Source: Azolla caroliniana | Taxonomy: Eukaryota; Plantae; Polypodiophyta | NCBI GenBank assembly: GCA_043228905.1 | Contig: JBHGNT010000008.1 | Span: forward strand, 12,276,001-12,340,000 | Direction of reading: 5' to 3' | DNA: 64,000 nt | Shown: one piece after another, positions 46,959 through 59,005 of the stretch | How positions within the stretch are numbered: position 1 is the first letter of the stretch | How the letters are laid out: each line of letters opens with the position of its first letter | Notes under the pieces: model-generated | Databases searched by the model: none | What the model was told of the DNA's origin: nothing | Seen by the model: the letters and a program-made list of their open reading frames with translations, nothing else | Position numbers and translations under genes: made by a program

Positions 46959-49865
46959 ATGGTACTGTCGGAAGAGGCACGCCAATGGATGAGGGAGAAC
47001 GGGTTAAAAGGATTGCTGCGGATCGCCGACACTCCACCACACGCAGAACCAGAGCAGGCGGCAGCATCGATCGATATATCAGAAGACACGGAAGGAGCGG
47101 TGCAGGCGCTCACGGGGATAAAAGCAGGAGGACTTCAAACAATCGAAAACCCTTCAAGTGAAATCCTGTTCGAATATTTCGGGGAGTACTCTATCAGCAG
47201 CAAGGCGTATCGAACGCAGGGCAGAGAGAACCTGCTGTTCGGAGAAGTGGCCCGCGCCATGATGGAATACGGATTTGTGAATCCCCGTCCCCCGGCCATA
47301 GCCATGTACCGGGCAGCGTTCTTAATAGCAGCGTACGAAGGCTTACAAATAGACTGGCTCCATTTCATAACCGAAGGATTGAAGGAGGCCATCCAAAATC
47401 TTGTGGAAGGAAAAAAGCCATGGGCCGGGATAGCACAATGGCTAACGGTGTTAGTCCCACCGGTGCTCCCCATCACACAAAAGAAAAGAGGTCGGCAGGA
47501 GATGACGCCGAAAAAGGTCACAAAGCGCCGACAGATCTTGGAGAAACACACCCCCGGATGGACCCAGCAAGAAGCAGAACAGCAGGGGGAAGGACCATCC
47601 CGACAGCAACAGGAACCGGCAACAAAGGCAAAACCGGCAGGTAAAGGCAAAGGGAAATCGGCCGAGGAGGAATCGGTAGCGCGCAAACCAATCCATATAA
47701 CGCTGCGACGACCGGAACCGGAACCAGAGGTCTTTATACAAAAGGTCCGTCTGGTAACCACACCGGAGGAGGAAGCTGAAACAGAAGACTCATCCGAACC
47801 ACTGGTAAGACTCCCAGCAAGACAAGGTCGGGAGAAACGGGCGAAAGGACCGGCTCCACCAGTGGACAGAACTCAGCAGAGGGCGCAAGGACCATCTCTA
47901 GTAGCCGAGGCGGAAACAGCACCGGAACCCGTACCCAGGGAAGCAGCACCGACACCGGTTGGGCCGGACTTCAGAGAACCGGTCATCCCAGAGAAGAAGA
48001 AGGAACAAGCGCCGGAGCCGGAGCCAGAGAAGAGGCCGGAAAATCAGCCTGAGTTAAGTGAGCAAGGCCACCTCGACACCGGAAGAACAAAGCCACAATG
48101 GCTGAGATGGCTTTTGGAGCAGTTATCGGGAGTAGCGGACCAGTTAGAAAAAGAAGAAACGTGTAGGCAACAGCTGACGCATACAACAACTCAGGAGTTG
48201 GTCGCGCTCCGAACACAGATCGAGGAAATGCAAGGGGAGCTGTTGCAGGCAAGGGAAGGAATTCAACAAGCACAAGTTGTCACCGAGCCGGTCGGGACAA
48301 CAAGGAAGCAACCAGAACCGGAACCGGAACCGGAACCGGAACCGGTAGCCTTGCAAACCGGCCCTGAGACCGAAAAAATAATAAAAACCTTACGAGAGGA
48401 GTTAAAAGCTTAGGAGGCATTAAGGGAAAGAGAAAGGGAGCAACGGAAAGCAGTGGAGGACGACAGAAGAAAAATGGAAGAAGGCCTCCGGAAAGGTCGA
48501 GCCGCTAATGACCGACTGCAAGAAGAAAAAGAGAAGCTGCAAAAGGAGAAGGACCGACTACGTCGACATGCCGAGCAAGAGATAGAACGACTGCAGGAAG
48601 AACTCCAACAACAGAAGGACCGGGACGATCAGTTAAGAGCTCAGGCAAACCGACGCCTGAAGCAGAAGACGGAGGACTTCGACCGTCTCTACCGAGATCA
48701 CAAGTAGGCCGAGTCGGACAACAAAAAACGGGCAGCAGACTACGACCGGCAAATAGAGAAGCTGAAAGAACAGCTCAAAGAGACCCGATTAGACATGGCT
48801 AAGGCGATGGATGAGGTCAGTGCCAACAAGGAAGCATTGTCGGTGGAAATAGCCCAAGCAACGGAGAGAAGGAAGGAATTAGAGGTGCTAAGGCGGGAAA
48901 AGCTGGACCTGACCAAGATCAGGAATGAAGAAAAGGAAAAATCGACCTTCACGATCAGCAAACTGCAGAGTACCTATGAAAAGCAGAAAGCGGATTACGA
49001 GGGCCATGCTCAAATAATGGCCGACATTATAAAACGGGCAAGGAAGGAAAAGCAGGAAGCTTATGCGCATGCTAAGGCAGGGGTTGACCGGATCAAGCTC
49101 ATCATGTCAGGATGGAGTACCCGAGCTCAGACAAGCATCAACGAAAGTACAGAAAAGCTATGGAAGGAGTGGTCACAACAGGCAGCCGAGCTGCAGACAC
49201 TCCAAGCGGATGCCGAGAATCGGAGGAAGACCGATGACAAGTTCTACAAGATGGATGAAGAAAGTATCGTCGCCATTCGGGAAGAATTGTCGGAGGATTT
49301 CTACACTTTAGCAGAAGAACACCTCAAAGAAATCTGAGGGTTGGTAGAGAGGTTGGATGACGGGCAGCTCGCAACTCAGTTGGAGTTGGAGAGATACGAG
49401 CAGGACCGGTTACGACAGGAAGCTAAGGGAAGAACGACGCCAATCACGATAAGTGAGGGAGAGCGACCGGCTGAAGATGAACCAACCGACACCGAACAAC
49501 CCCGACGAGGAATACCCGAAGAATAACTTGAAGAAGAGCAGGAGCAGACCGATGCCGGAGAAGAAGAAGAGCTGAGACCGGAAGACACCAGAGCAAAGGA
49601 AGGAGGCATATCGAGTCGACCAGTCGAGACCGGAGAAAGCGACACTGGTAACAAAACAGAGCCCGGAACGGAGGGAGAACAGGAAGAACCCGGACGAAGC
49701 GGTGAGGAAGCACCGGCACCACAGAATCAAGCAGAGCCGGAGCAGCAAATACAGCCCACCCAACCGGAGGTCGGAGACCAGGCAAGCAAGGAACAGGAAC
49801 AGCAGGAAGAAGCACCACTTGACACCATCGAGCAGAGTGTGCTCGATATTTTGGAGGAAGACTGA
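46959..49865 (+). pseudogene. Accessory ORF of M (~968 codons, single frame, four internal stops; first 484 aa open)
   Basis: ORFs 46959, 48453, 48795 and 49341 are all in one frame with stops at 48413, 48707, 49337 and 49526; ends IEQSVLDILEED*. Confidence 0.85.
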
Positions 49866-49915
49866 GGCCGGGAGTGGATTCGAAGTGCAAGGCACTTTCC
49901 CACGGGCGTGCCATG

Positions 49916-50306
49916 TGTTGGCCGATCAAAAGAGCAAGGACAAGTGGGAAGGCGGAATCGGATCGGATAATAGGAAGTAAATAATAGCAGAATTATTATT
50001 CGGAGGGACGGATCCGGTACAGTTGTACCGATCCGGATCCGGACCGATTCGGATGTCGGTTGCCTAAGCGCACCGATTGTAACCTTGCCGGATGCCTATA
50101 AAAGGATCCGATGATTTGTAAAGGTTTTGGGACGGAAGTAATACAATAGTAATTATTGCGTGTTTATCTGTATCTCGTATTGTTTACCGTCTGTGCTTAA
50201 TTGTAATCATCTTACACGTATAACCTAGCATCCAACCCTTACCACCCCTTTGGAGAAGTGTCGGATAGACACCTGTGTTGAGGCTAGTTCAGACAGACAG
50301 ACAACA
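49916..50306 (+). repeat. 3' LTR of M
   Basis: Direct repeat of 45209-45599. Confidence 0.93.
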
Positions 50307-50311
50307 AAACT

Positions 50312-53228
50312 CATTGAGGAGTGTAATTATCGCCGTTTTGTTCTCTGCAATTCATTTCTTTGGCGATGTGCACCGGTTTTGCCTCCTCCGCCGTTCATAG
50401 ATTTACCTCTTCTAATTGGGACGTTTTTACACGCTGGGATATGGCCATTTCCCTTTCCAATGCTTCCTGTGCATGCCGTAACTCCCGGATTACTTCTTTA
50501 TCCGGTTCCGCTTCGGTTCCGTCCGGTTGTAGTAAGTAGGGTGATACCGCTTCCGTGACGTCAATTTCGAATAGGGGTACAATCTTCGGGTTCTCCAGCA
50601 AGTACTGCTCTTCTTCTTCGTCTGCTAATCCTTCCAACATATTGACACACTCCGCATATACCGGTGTTAGATCCTTGCCGGTGCCCTTCCTTGGTTGTGT
50701 TGGTACCCGTACCTTCGGTTTTCCCTACCGGAACGTAATCATATTCCTCCTCCAGTTCTGCTTGATATGTGTCATCTTTAACCAAGGGCGTTCCAACAAT
50801 AATGGGTACACTCCTTCAGCCTGCAACTGGAGAACTACGGCTGAGATTCGGAATGTGTGGCCCCCGATGGTTACTTCCAAGTTCCTATTAAACCTGTCGG
50901 TCGCACCGAGCTTGTGTCCGCCATTCGGAGCCAGAACGGGCATGGCTCCCACTCTTGGATTCCAAGAGCATCGCACGTCCGGAGGCTTATTACATTAACA
51001 CCAGAGCCTCCGTCTATTATCGTGCTGGGGAGTTCTTTCCCTTTCACAATGGCCGTAATTGCCGGACTACTGGTGTCCACCACCGTCGGTCCCTCCTCCG
51101 AATTTGAGAAGAATGTCGGAGCCGGTGGTGTTCCGCTTGTCTTCATGCCTTCCTTGAGTCCTTCTGTGAATCTTGGTACTAGCTGCAAGAGCCGTCCTAA
51201 CGGCAGCGTGATCTAGCATTCCTGCAATACCTGCCATGTCGCGTTTTCGGACTGACTACCGCCGGCGAGCTCTTCGGTGTTCTCCTTCTGTTGCGCGAGT
51301 TCTGCTACGTTTCGCTCATTGTCCTTTTTCACCCATTCCGTTGCCTGTTTCCGGATGGCCTCTTGTGTCTCCCATTCCGTAGTCTTCCCCTGCGACCTTG
51401 TGGTGACCTGCTGGAGGTCTGCGACTTCGGTGACTACCATGTTTACTGCCGGTCTCTTATCATAGCTCTTTGCCGAACATTGATTACTATAATGTCCTTC
51501 CTACCGGCAGTAATAGCAATATGCTTTCCGGGTGTTGCTGGATTCGGCATTGTTTCCTGTACCCGGTGGAGGACTTGTGGTAACCGCGGGGCTCTAGTCT
51601 GGTTGGCTGCTTGAGGCACCTTTTTCCGGTTCACGTGGGTGGCTCCCGTTTTTGAAATGTCATTTTTTATTAAAGTTCTTTTTGTTGCAGTACGCTTGCC
51701 GGGGTTGGTCGTCATACCTCCCGTAATCTTCCCGTCGTTGGTGATACTTGGGGGAGTGATCCCGGTTGTCATGCTCGTTCCGTCCATTGTAATCTCAGTA
51801 CTTGTCGTATCTCTTGTACCGGTCGTAGTTGTCTCCCCGATTGTCATACCGGACATCTTGTGCCGGTCGATATCGCTCGTCTCCTCGCCAGCGTTCGTCT
51901 TCTTCATCTCGGCTGCTACGTGGCTCGATTTGCCAGACTGGTGGAGCTTGCCGATTCAATAAGTTATATTCACACTGGTCCATCATGTGGCTCGTAGATT
52001 GACAAAGTAAGCAGTGCGTCCGCATGGTGCACTCCAGTGACAAGTGTCCGGAATTCAAGCAGGTCATGCATTGGATTGCTTGCCGGAAACGGAGATCCTC
52101 ATCGGTTGGTAATGCTCGTTGGAGGGCTCCCATTGTTAGCCAAGAGCTCGTTTTTTCCATTTCTCTAACCCGGTCAATGACCTGGTCGACGGTGCTTGTG
52201 CGAAAGTCAATGACCGTGCATACCGTTCGTAGAGGTTCCCGGAGCGCAGCTAAAAATATAGCCCGCGTTTCTTCCTCCGGAGGTGCGCGGGTAAGCTGAC
52301 TGTGCATCCGTTGAAACCGGATGACAAACTATGGGATGCTCTCGTCGGGGTCCTGCCGAATTGTATAAAATAAGCCCACCATTTCTCGCTGATCCACCTC
52401 CTTCTGGAAGAAGTGCAAGAATTTGTCTTTTAGGTCTGCAAAGGTGGTGATGGTGCTGCGATCCTGCGTCCGGTCCCATCTGGCTGTCGGTCCTTCTAAT
52501 GTCACGCCGAATTCGGCTATCTTAGATCGTTCCTCTTCTACTGCAGTTAACCGTTGTGACACATGGTTTGCTTCCCATGTTTGTTCAAATGCGTGAACAT
52601 GAGCCTCCGCGTCCGGGTCATCCCGATACTTGGAGTACTGGAACGGCATATCGTCGTCTGGTGTCGGTACGCGGGCTGGCGGTGTCGGTGGTCTTTCCTG
52701 TTGTTCCGTTAGCGTCTGAGGTCTTAGCCGGTCTTCCTTTGGTGTTGCCGGCTCGACTTCTGGTGTTGGAGGTTTTTGCCGGTGTACTTCCGTCTCCAGA
52801 GGTTGCTCCACGACGAGTGCCAGAGGTTCTTGGTCTGCCAACTCTGGTTCCGGTGTCGGTAAAGTATCTGACTCCTCGTCCTCCGGTCCTCCTGGGATGT
52901 CGTTACTGCTGCGATAGTTGGTATGTGCGTTGTAACCCCCTTCCGAATCCGATTCCAGCGCTGAAAATGCTTCAGATTCGTCGTCTCTTCCGGCCAAGGC
53001 CTGGAGAAGGGTTTCCACTTCCCGGAGGCTGCTTAAGCTACTTCCTTCGTCCGGGTATGCGTTTTGTTGCAGACGGAGCGACTCCTCCACCACTTTCCGG
53101 ATCACTTTGGAAAATGATCGATCCGTTCGGATTTCTTCTGCTACTTGCTGGAAAGCCTCTCGTCGCCGTCTCCGTTCAGCAAGTCTTCGTGCTCTCTCCA
53201 TAACCGGGTCTTCTGTTGGCCTGGTCAT
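50312..53228 (-). pseudogene. gag: gag-protease region of L
   Basis: ORFs 52329-53228, 51795-52307 (CMTCLNSGHLSLEC..CLLCQSTSHMMDQC) and 50871-51188 (IIDGGSGVN). Confidence 0.9.
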
Positions 53229-53263
53229 CCATTCCTGCCATTGTTCACTGCGATAATGCAGGA

Positions 53264-53276
53264 ATCGTGGTCGCCA
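53264..53276 (-). promoter_or_regulatory. Primer binding site of L (tRNA-Arg-like)
   Basis: TGGCGACCACGAT 7 nt after the LTR; resembles the complement of a plant tRNA-Arg(UCG) 3' end as I recall it. Confidence 0.7.
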
Positions 53277-53283
53277 AAAACTG

Positions 53284-53745
53284 TGTTATTGCTAGGGCCG
53301 GACAACAGCCTAACACAAGATGTCCACTTAAGACACGTCACCAAAGGGTGGTACAGCAGAATGACTTACGGCACAACGCTTACTTAGACCTTAATCGATT
53401 ACTTAGCCATCCGTAATTAACACGTGTAAGATATAACAATGAATATAGAACGGTAATCAACATTGGAAGATTAAGACAATAAGCTTTATTAATTATCCGC
53501 TCCTGATTACATTGTAACTGGGCCTTTATATAGGTCTCCGGTGCGAAATACAAAACGGTGCCAACCGGCACCTTTACGGAATCGTTCCGGATCCGGATCG
53601 GCATACCGATTCCGGTCCGTCCGTCCACATCTTCTTATATAATAATATGTATATATTAAGACTACTAATTACAACAGTTCCCGAATAACTATTCCTTTCA
53701 CACTCTGGTTTGGACCTCCGTAAGCCTTCTTGCCGGCCGGTAACA
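53284..53745 (-). repeat. 5' LTR of L
   Basis: Direct repeat of 39103-39564. Confidence 0.94.
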
Positions 53746-56700
53746 CATTGCGGTGAAGTGCTGCAACTTGTCCGATCCGAGTAGTTTTGTGAAGAGGTCG
53801 GCAACTTGCCGATCCGTATGAACACACCGAAGTTTGACTTCACCGCTCAGGACATGCTCACGCACGAAGTGGTAGTGCACTTCTATGTGCTTTATGCGAG
53901 CATGGAATACGGGGTTCTTGGCGAGCTGCATGTTGCTTATGTTGTCACAGTAAATCAAGATCGGGGTCGTCACCTTGATCCGCAAGTCTTGCAGTAGTCA
54001 CCAAAGCCAAATGGCTTCACAGGTGGCAACGGTAGCGCCCTAGTATTCAGCCTCAGTGCTCGAGATGGCCACTGTTGGCTGCTTTTTGTTGCTCCACGCA
54101 ATAGTCATGCTACCAAGGGAAAACATATAGCCGGAGGTGGATCGGCAATCCGATGCATCGTCGGCCCAGTCGGCATCGGTGTAGCCGACTAGCTCTTCGG
54201 TTATACCATGCCGGTATAACAATCCCCGGTCCTTCGTGCCGCTCACATATTGCAAAATTCAATGCGCGCATAGAAGGTGTTCCACGGTCAGCTTCTGCAT
54301 ATATTGGCTGATCACGCCGACCGGATAACTGATGTGGGTCGGGTGATTGTCAAATATATGAGGCTTCCGACGATTTGTTGGAACCACTTCTCATCGTAGA
54401 CCGGTCCGGAGTCGGGACGGTGCTTCTGGTTCCGGTCCAGGGGTGTGGAGATTGGTCTGCATTCCGTCATGTCGAACTTGTATAGCATATTCAACATAGT
54501 GTCTTTGTGAGAGCAATATGCCGTTGGGGGTTCGGATCACCTCGATCCCCAAGAAATAGTGAAGGTCCGGGACTTGGCTGATTTCATCGAGTCCGGGTCT
54601 GCGTCTAGACCTTGCCGGATGAACAACGAAGAGTCAGATTTGGAGGCCGCAAACCCCATCGTACGCAACCGGTGCATGATCTTCGCATTCCCAGCTCGGG
54701 GGGCTTGCTTTAGGACATAAAGTGACTTCTTCAGCCAGCATACCGCCGACTTGTTCATCCCTCACTCGAAACTGGGGGGTTGGGTCATAAAGACCTCTTC
54801 TTCAAGATCTCCTTGAAGAAATGCATTCTTCACATCCATCTGGTGAAGATATCACCCCCTTGCCTCAGCAACCGCCATCACCACACGAACCGTCATCGTC
54901 TTCGCTACCGGAGCGAACATCTCGTCGTAGTCGATTCTATGGGTCTACGCGTATCCCTTCGCCACTAATTGGGCCTTGTACCAGTTAACCAAACTGTCGG
55001 TATTGTACTTTACCTTGTACACCCACTTATATCCAATCGGTTTAGAGTGTCAGGGAGGGTCAACTAGGTCCCATGTGTCGTTAACATCAAGTGCCCGCAT
55101 TTCTTCCTCCATAGCGGCACACCAATTTTCGTCCTTTGCCGCTTCTGAGTTGCTCTCTGGCTCACGCACTTCCGCCACCTTCGTCATGTATGCATAATGA
55201 TGCGCCATGTACTCATTGTACCTGTACCGCATAACGGGGTTCTTCAGTCGGGAAGACCGGCGTAACTTGGTAGTACCCGATTTGGGGCCCTTCTTGGCCA
55301 GGTCGAACTTCGTTCCTGGAGTTCCGCCTTCATCCTTTCTGGAGTTGGATTCGCTCCGATCTGACTCAACGTTGCCGGTTTCATATTCTGGCATCTTCTT
55401 CTTCCCCTTCTCTTTGCGCGTGAACCGTCTCCTCGGTTCCTTGCGCGGGGAGAGCACGATAGAGTCTCCACTACTCGTCGGTTCCTCATCCAACTAGTCA
55501 TCCCGACTCAACCGCTCATTCGGTCCAATTAACCGAAATGAGATCGGACTCTCTTCTAGAGTGCCGAGGTCTTCATCTTCTATCTGGGCCGGTTCAGGCT
55601 CACTAGCCTCATCCTCCGATATCGAGTCGGGGTCGGAAGTCGGAGCCGGTAAGGCATACCATGATGCCGTCTCATCAAACTCAACATCCCGGCTAACTCA
55701 AACCTGCTTCGTCTCAGGGTTATAACACTTATACCCCTTTTGCTCATACGAGTAACCGACCAGGATGCATTTCTCCGACTTTGCATCCAACTTCCTCCAG
55801 TTCTTATCCAGCACATGCACATATGCAATGATACCGAATATCCGAAGGTGTCTCAAATTCGGCTTGCGTCCGAAATACAGCTCATGCATGGACACCTTGT
55901 CGCCGATCCGGTTTTGGATGTAGACGGCCGTCCGGACCACCTCCGCCTAGTAGAAATGGGGCATGCTCTTCTCCTCCAGCATTGCCCTCACCACGTCCAC
56001 AATCGACCGATTTTTCTTGTCGGCCACGCCGTTTTGCTCTGGCATATATCTACAACTGAATTCGCGCCGAATTCCCATTTGTTGCAGATACCCGTTGAAT
56101 TGACCGGAAATGTACTCTTTTCCACCATCCGACTGCAGGCACTTGATCTTCCTCTCAGTTTCCCATTCAACTAGGCTTTCAAGGTTTCGGAAACACTCGA
56201 AGACTTCGCTCTTCCGCTCAATCAGGTAGATCCATGTGCGCTGACTGTAGTCATTGATGAAGGTGACGAAATACGACTCCCGCCAAGACTAACTTTCTGT
56301 GCTGGTTCCCATACATCCGAATGAATAAGGTTGAGCTTGTTACATCTACGGTTTCGTTTGGTGGGGAATGGAAGCCAGTGTTGCTTCCCGAGTTGGCAGG
56401 CTTCACATATTTGGGCCTTCCGGCCACTTAACTTCGGCAAACCAAAAACAACTTGTTTCGTTTGCAGGACTTGAAGCCTCCCGTAATTGTCATGGCCGAT
56501 CCGCTTGTGCCACAGGTCGATGTCCGATTCGACCTTCTGTCCTTTGGCGAACAAAGCGGTGCTTACATCATTGGTGTCGAGGATGAACATCCTCCCGTCT
56601 CTACGCCCTTGCGCAGTAATTTGGCCCTCTTCCTCGATGAAGCACCCAAGGTGCGTAAACCGTACCTGCATCCCCTGGTCAACGATCTGACCGACTGACA

Positions 56701-57197
56701 CCAGGTTCTTGGTGATAGTCGGAACGTGTAATACGTTCATCATTTTCCCCCTCTGTCCGATGTGGCTCAAAGGGACTTCTCCGACATGCACGATTGGGTG
56801 AGGAGTGTTGTCTCCAGTTTCAACGACTCCCGGTTGTTCCGATTTCTCCAAGAAGGAGAACCACTCTTTGTGGCTCTTCATGTGATTCGACGCACCGGAA
56901 TCAACGTACCACACTTCCGTCGATTCAGAAGCGGTTTTCTTCATCAAGTTAGCCTCGTGTTTCATCACCAAGGCTGGCCTTTTACCGGTTTTTCCAGTTT
57001 TGGATCCTCCCGATCCTTCTACGTAGTGCAAGTATTGTTGGTTCTCTCTACCGGCCTTGCCGGATCTAGATCTGTCCGAATCGGTGCGCTTCTTCCAGCA
57101 CTCGCTTTCTCGGTGGCCCTTTTTACCACAATACCAGCATTTCGTGTCGGCCTTTGCTTGTTGGCCTCCGACGCCGCCTTGACTCCCCTTGCTTGTG
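53746..57197 (-). pseudogene. pol: gag(C-term)-pol of J, heavily disrupted
   Basis: CWYCGKKGHRESEC, WYVDSGASNHM, WHKRIGH, LKKSLY.LKQAPR, GYTDADW, CDNISN..HIEVHYHFVRE..ADLFTK. Confidence 0.88.
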
Positions 57198-58133
57198 TGT
57201 TGGGAGACAGGTCCCTCCGGATGGGAATGGAGAAGAACAGTGCCGATGAACAAACTCAGCTACGGAGAGCCGGATGACGAGTACCCAGCTACGGAGAGCC
57301 GGATGGTACAGACCCGGTGAAGACCAGATGACGAGTACCCGGCTACGGAGAGCCGGATGGTACAGACCCGGTGAAGACCGGATGACGAGTACCCGGCTAT
57401 GGAGAGCCAGATGGTACAGACCCAGTGAAGACTGGATGACGAGTACCCGGCTACGGAGAGCCGGATGGTATAGACCCAGTGAAGACCGGATGACGAGTAC
57501 CCGGCTATGGAGAGCCGGATGGTACAGACCCGGTGAAGACCGGATGACGAGTACCCGGCTACGGAGAGCCGGATGGTACAGACCCAGTGAAGACCGGATG
57601 ACGAGTACTCGGCTACGGAGAGCCGGATGGTGCAGACCCGGTGAGAACCGGATGAAGAGACATATTCGTAAATATGTTTCTGAGAGTCCATCATGGCTAT
57701 ATTTGTAAATAGCCGAAAAGTCATATTAGTATAAATATGACTTACGGCAAACTTTTAGTTTTTTGTTGTCATTTTTTTGTTGGTGTAAGAAGAGAGTGTG
57801 TGTAACAGTGTACAGAGAGTGAGAGAGAGAGGAAGAGGTCGTTGCCTCTGTTGTAACCGTTGCCTGTGGCGAAGATCGTGAGCACGAGGTCGTTGCCTCC
57901 GTGAACTCACTATTGTACATTCTAACATAGTGATAGTTTGCAGCATGTGGGCTGCCGTGGTTTTTCCCTTAGTTTGGGTTTTCCACGTAAACATTCTGTG
58001 TACTCTTCCCTTCATTGTGTCGTGCATTTATTTCCCGTTTTCTGTGTATGATTCTAAGCTCGGTTGTGGCCGAGCATTGCGTATAAGGAACGAGTAGTTC
58101 CCGACAAGTGGTATCAGAGCAAAACGACACAGG
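57198..58133 (+). mobile_element. Element K: 5' LTR (57198-58106) plus PBS-iMet (58109-58120) of an E-family Copia; remainder deleted
   Basis: TGTTGGGAGACAGG start, inverted homolog of E LTRs, followed by AG-TGGTATCAGAGC. Confidence 0.86.
57258..57655 (+). repeat. 54-bp tandem array (~7 copies) in the K LTR
   Basis: Unit GACGAGTACCCGGCTACGGAGAGCCGGATGGTACAGACCCGGTGAAGACCGGAT; 18-aa periodicity in the ORF track. Confidence 0.9.
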
Positions 58134-58194
58134 TATGAAGACCGGATGAGGAGTATCGGCTGCAGAGATTCTCAACCCTCGCGCTCGGATACCA

Positions 58195-58583
58195 TGTGAA
58201 AGCATAGCGTGCAAAAGCAATGGAAAACCAAAAACAGAAATGCAGGTTTAATGGAGAGCTTAGAGTATACACAGTACGCGGGAGAGACAGAAAGAGAGAG
58301 CACACAGAAAACTCAATTCAAAATATTACTCAGTCTGTACATCGTATGTGTTCAGTGAACACTTTTATACAAGTCCATACGAACTGACAGAAGTACGATG
58401 TACTTCAATGCTCACACGAGTGTCTAACACTAACTACGAGGTATTAACTCCCTAGTATACTAGCTGCTACTTGGTTTCCGATTACTGCTTGATCCAGCTA
58501 ACCGGCTCCCCAGCTCACCGGCTCATTGATCCGGCTCAGGCTTATTCAGCCGATCTGGATCCAGTTGAGCTTGCCGCTCGACA
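58195..58583 (-). repeat. 5' LTR of J
   Basis: Repeat of 38053-38449, adjacent to the PBS. Confidence 0.86.
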
Positions 58584-58819
58584 AACTGAGTGCGTAAAAC
58601 AGTATGCATAACGTGGCCGTATCGGTGCGTAAACCGGAAGGCTATTAGTATGGTATTCCTCGTAAGGAATAATTTTGGGAGTTAGTGTAGTAGGCTTCTT
58701 TATGAGCATTCAAGTACTATCAGTACTTGTGTTAGCCCGATAGTCAGGGCTTGTATAAAAGGTGCTCACTAAGCACCGTGTATGTACAGATTGAGTATTA
58801 TTTTGAATTGAGTTTCTGT

Positions 58820-58895
<76 letters not shown>

Positions 58896-58981
58896 ACATA
58901 CTGTGTATATCCTAAGCTCTACATTAAACCTGTGTTTTTTGTGTTCGGTTTTCTATTGCCTTCGCATGCTATTCTTTTACA
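58584..58981 (+). repeat. Remainder of the 3' LTR of I, with TATAAAA (~58755) and a (CT)n microsatellite (~58822-58893)
   Basis: Inverted homolog of H LTR 26548-26890; ends CTTTTACA. Confidence 0.8.
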
Positions 58982-59005
58982 ACGTTGAACCCAAGGTTAG
59001 CCCCT

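Larger units (their letters stand above)
45209..50306 (+). mobile_element. Element M: structurally intact non-autonomous LTR element with no gag/pol, carrying only the accessory ORF
   Basis: 391-bp LTRs 45209-45599 and 49916-50306, perfect TSD AAACT; host L frame LLNEF|HNFFSW restored on removal; degenerate PBS TCGCGACCAC at 45605. Confidence 0.93.
39103..53745 (-). mobile_element. Element L: full-length Athila-like Ty3/Gypsy with a 3' accessory ORF; hosts M
   Basis: 462-bp LTRs 39103-39564 and 53284-53745, perfect TSD CATTG, PBS TGGCGACCACGAT, gag-PR-RT-RH-IN-extra ORF. Confidence 0.95.
38053..58583 (-). mobile_element. Element J: degenerate Ty1/Copia inserted in the LTR of I; hosts L and K
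   Basis: LTRs 38053-38449 and 58195-58583, TSD GACTG/AACTG, PBS TGGTATCCGAGC (58183-58194), PPT 38450-38460. Confidence 0.88.

Noticed and set aside
57258-57655. CRISPR-like regular repeats (also 14395-14610, 19215-19430, 5584-5695)
   Set aside because: Contiguous tandem units without unique spacers, inside LTRs, no cas genes, eukaryotic context.
57198-58106. K as a solo LTR
   Set aside because: It is followed by a PBS and has no TSD, so it is a truncated element.
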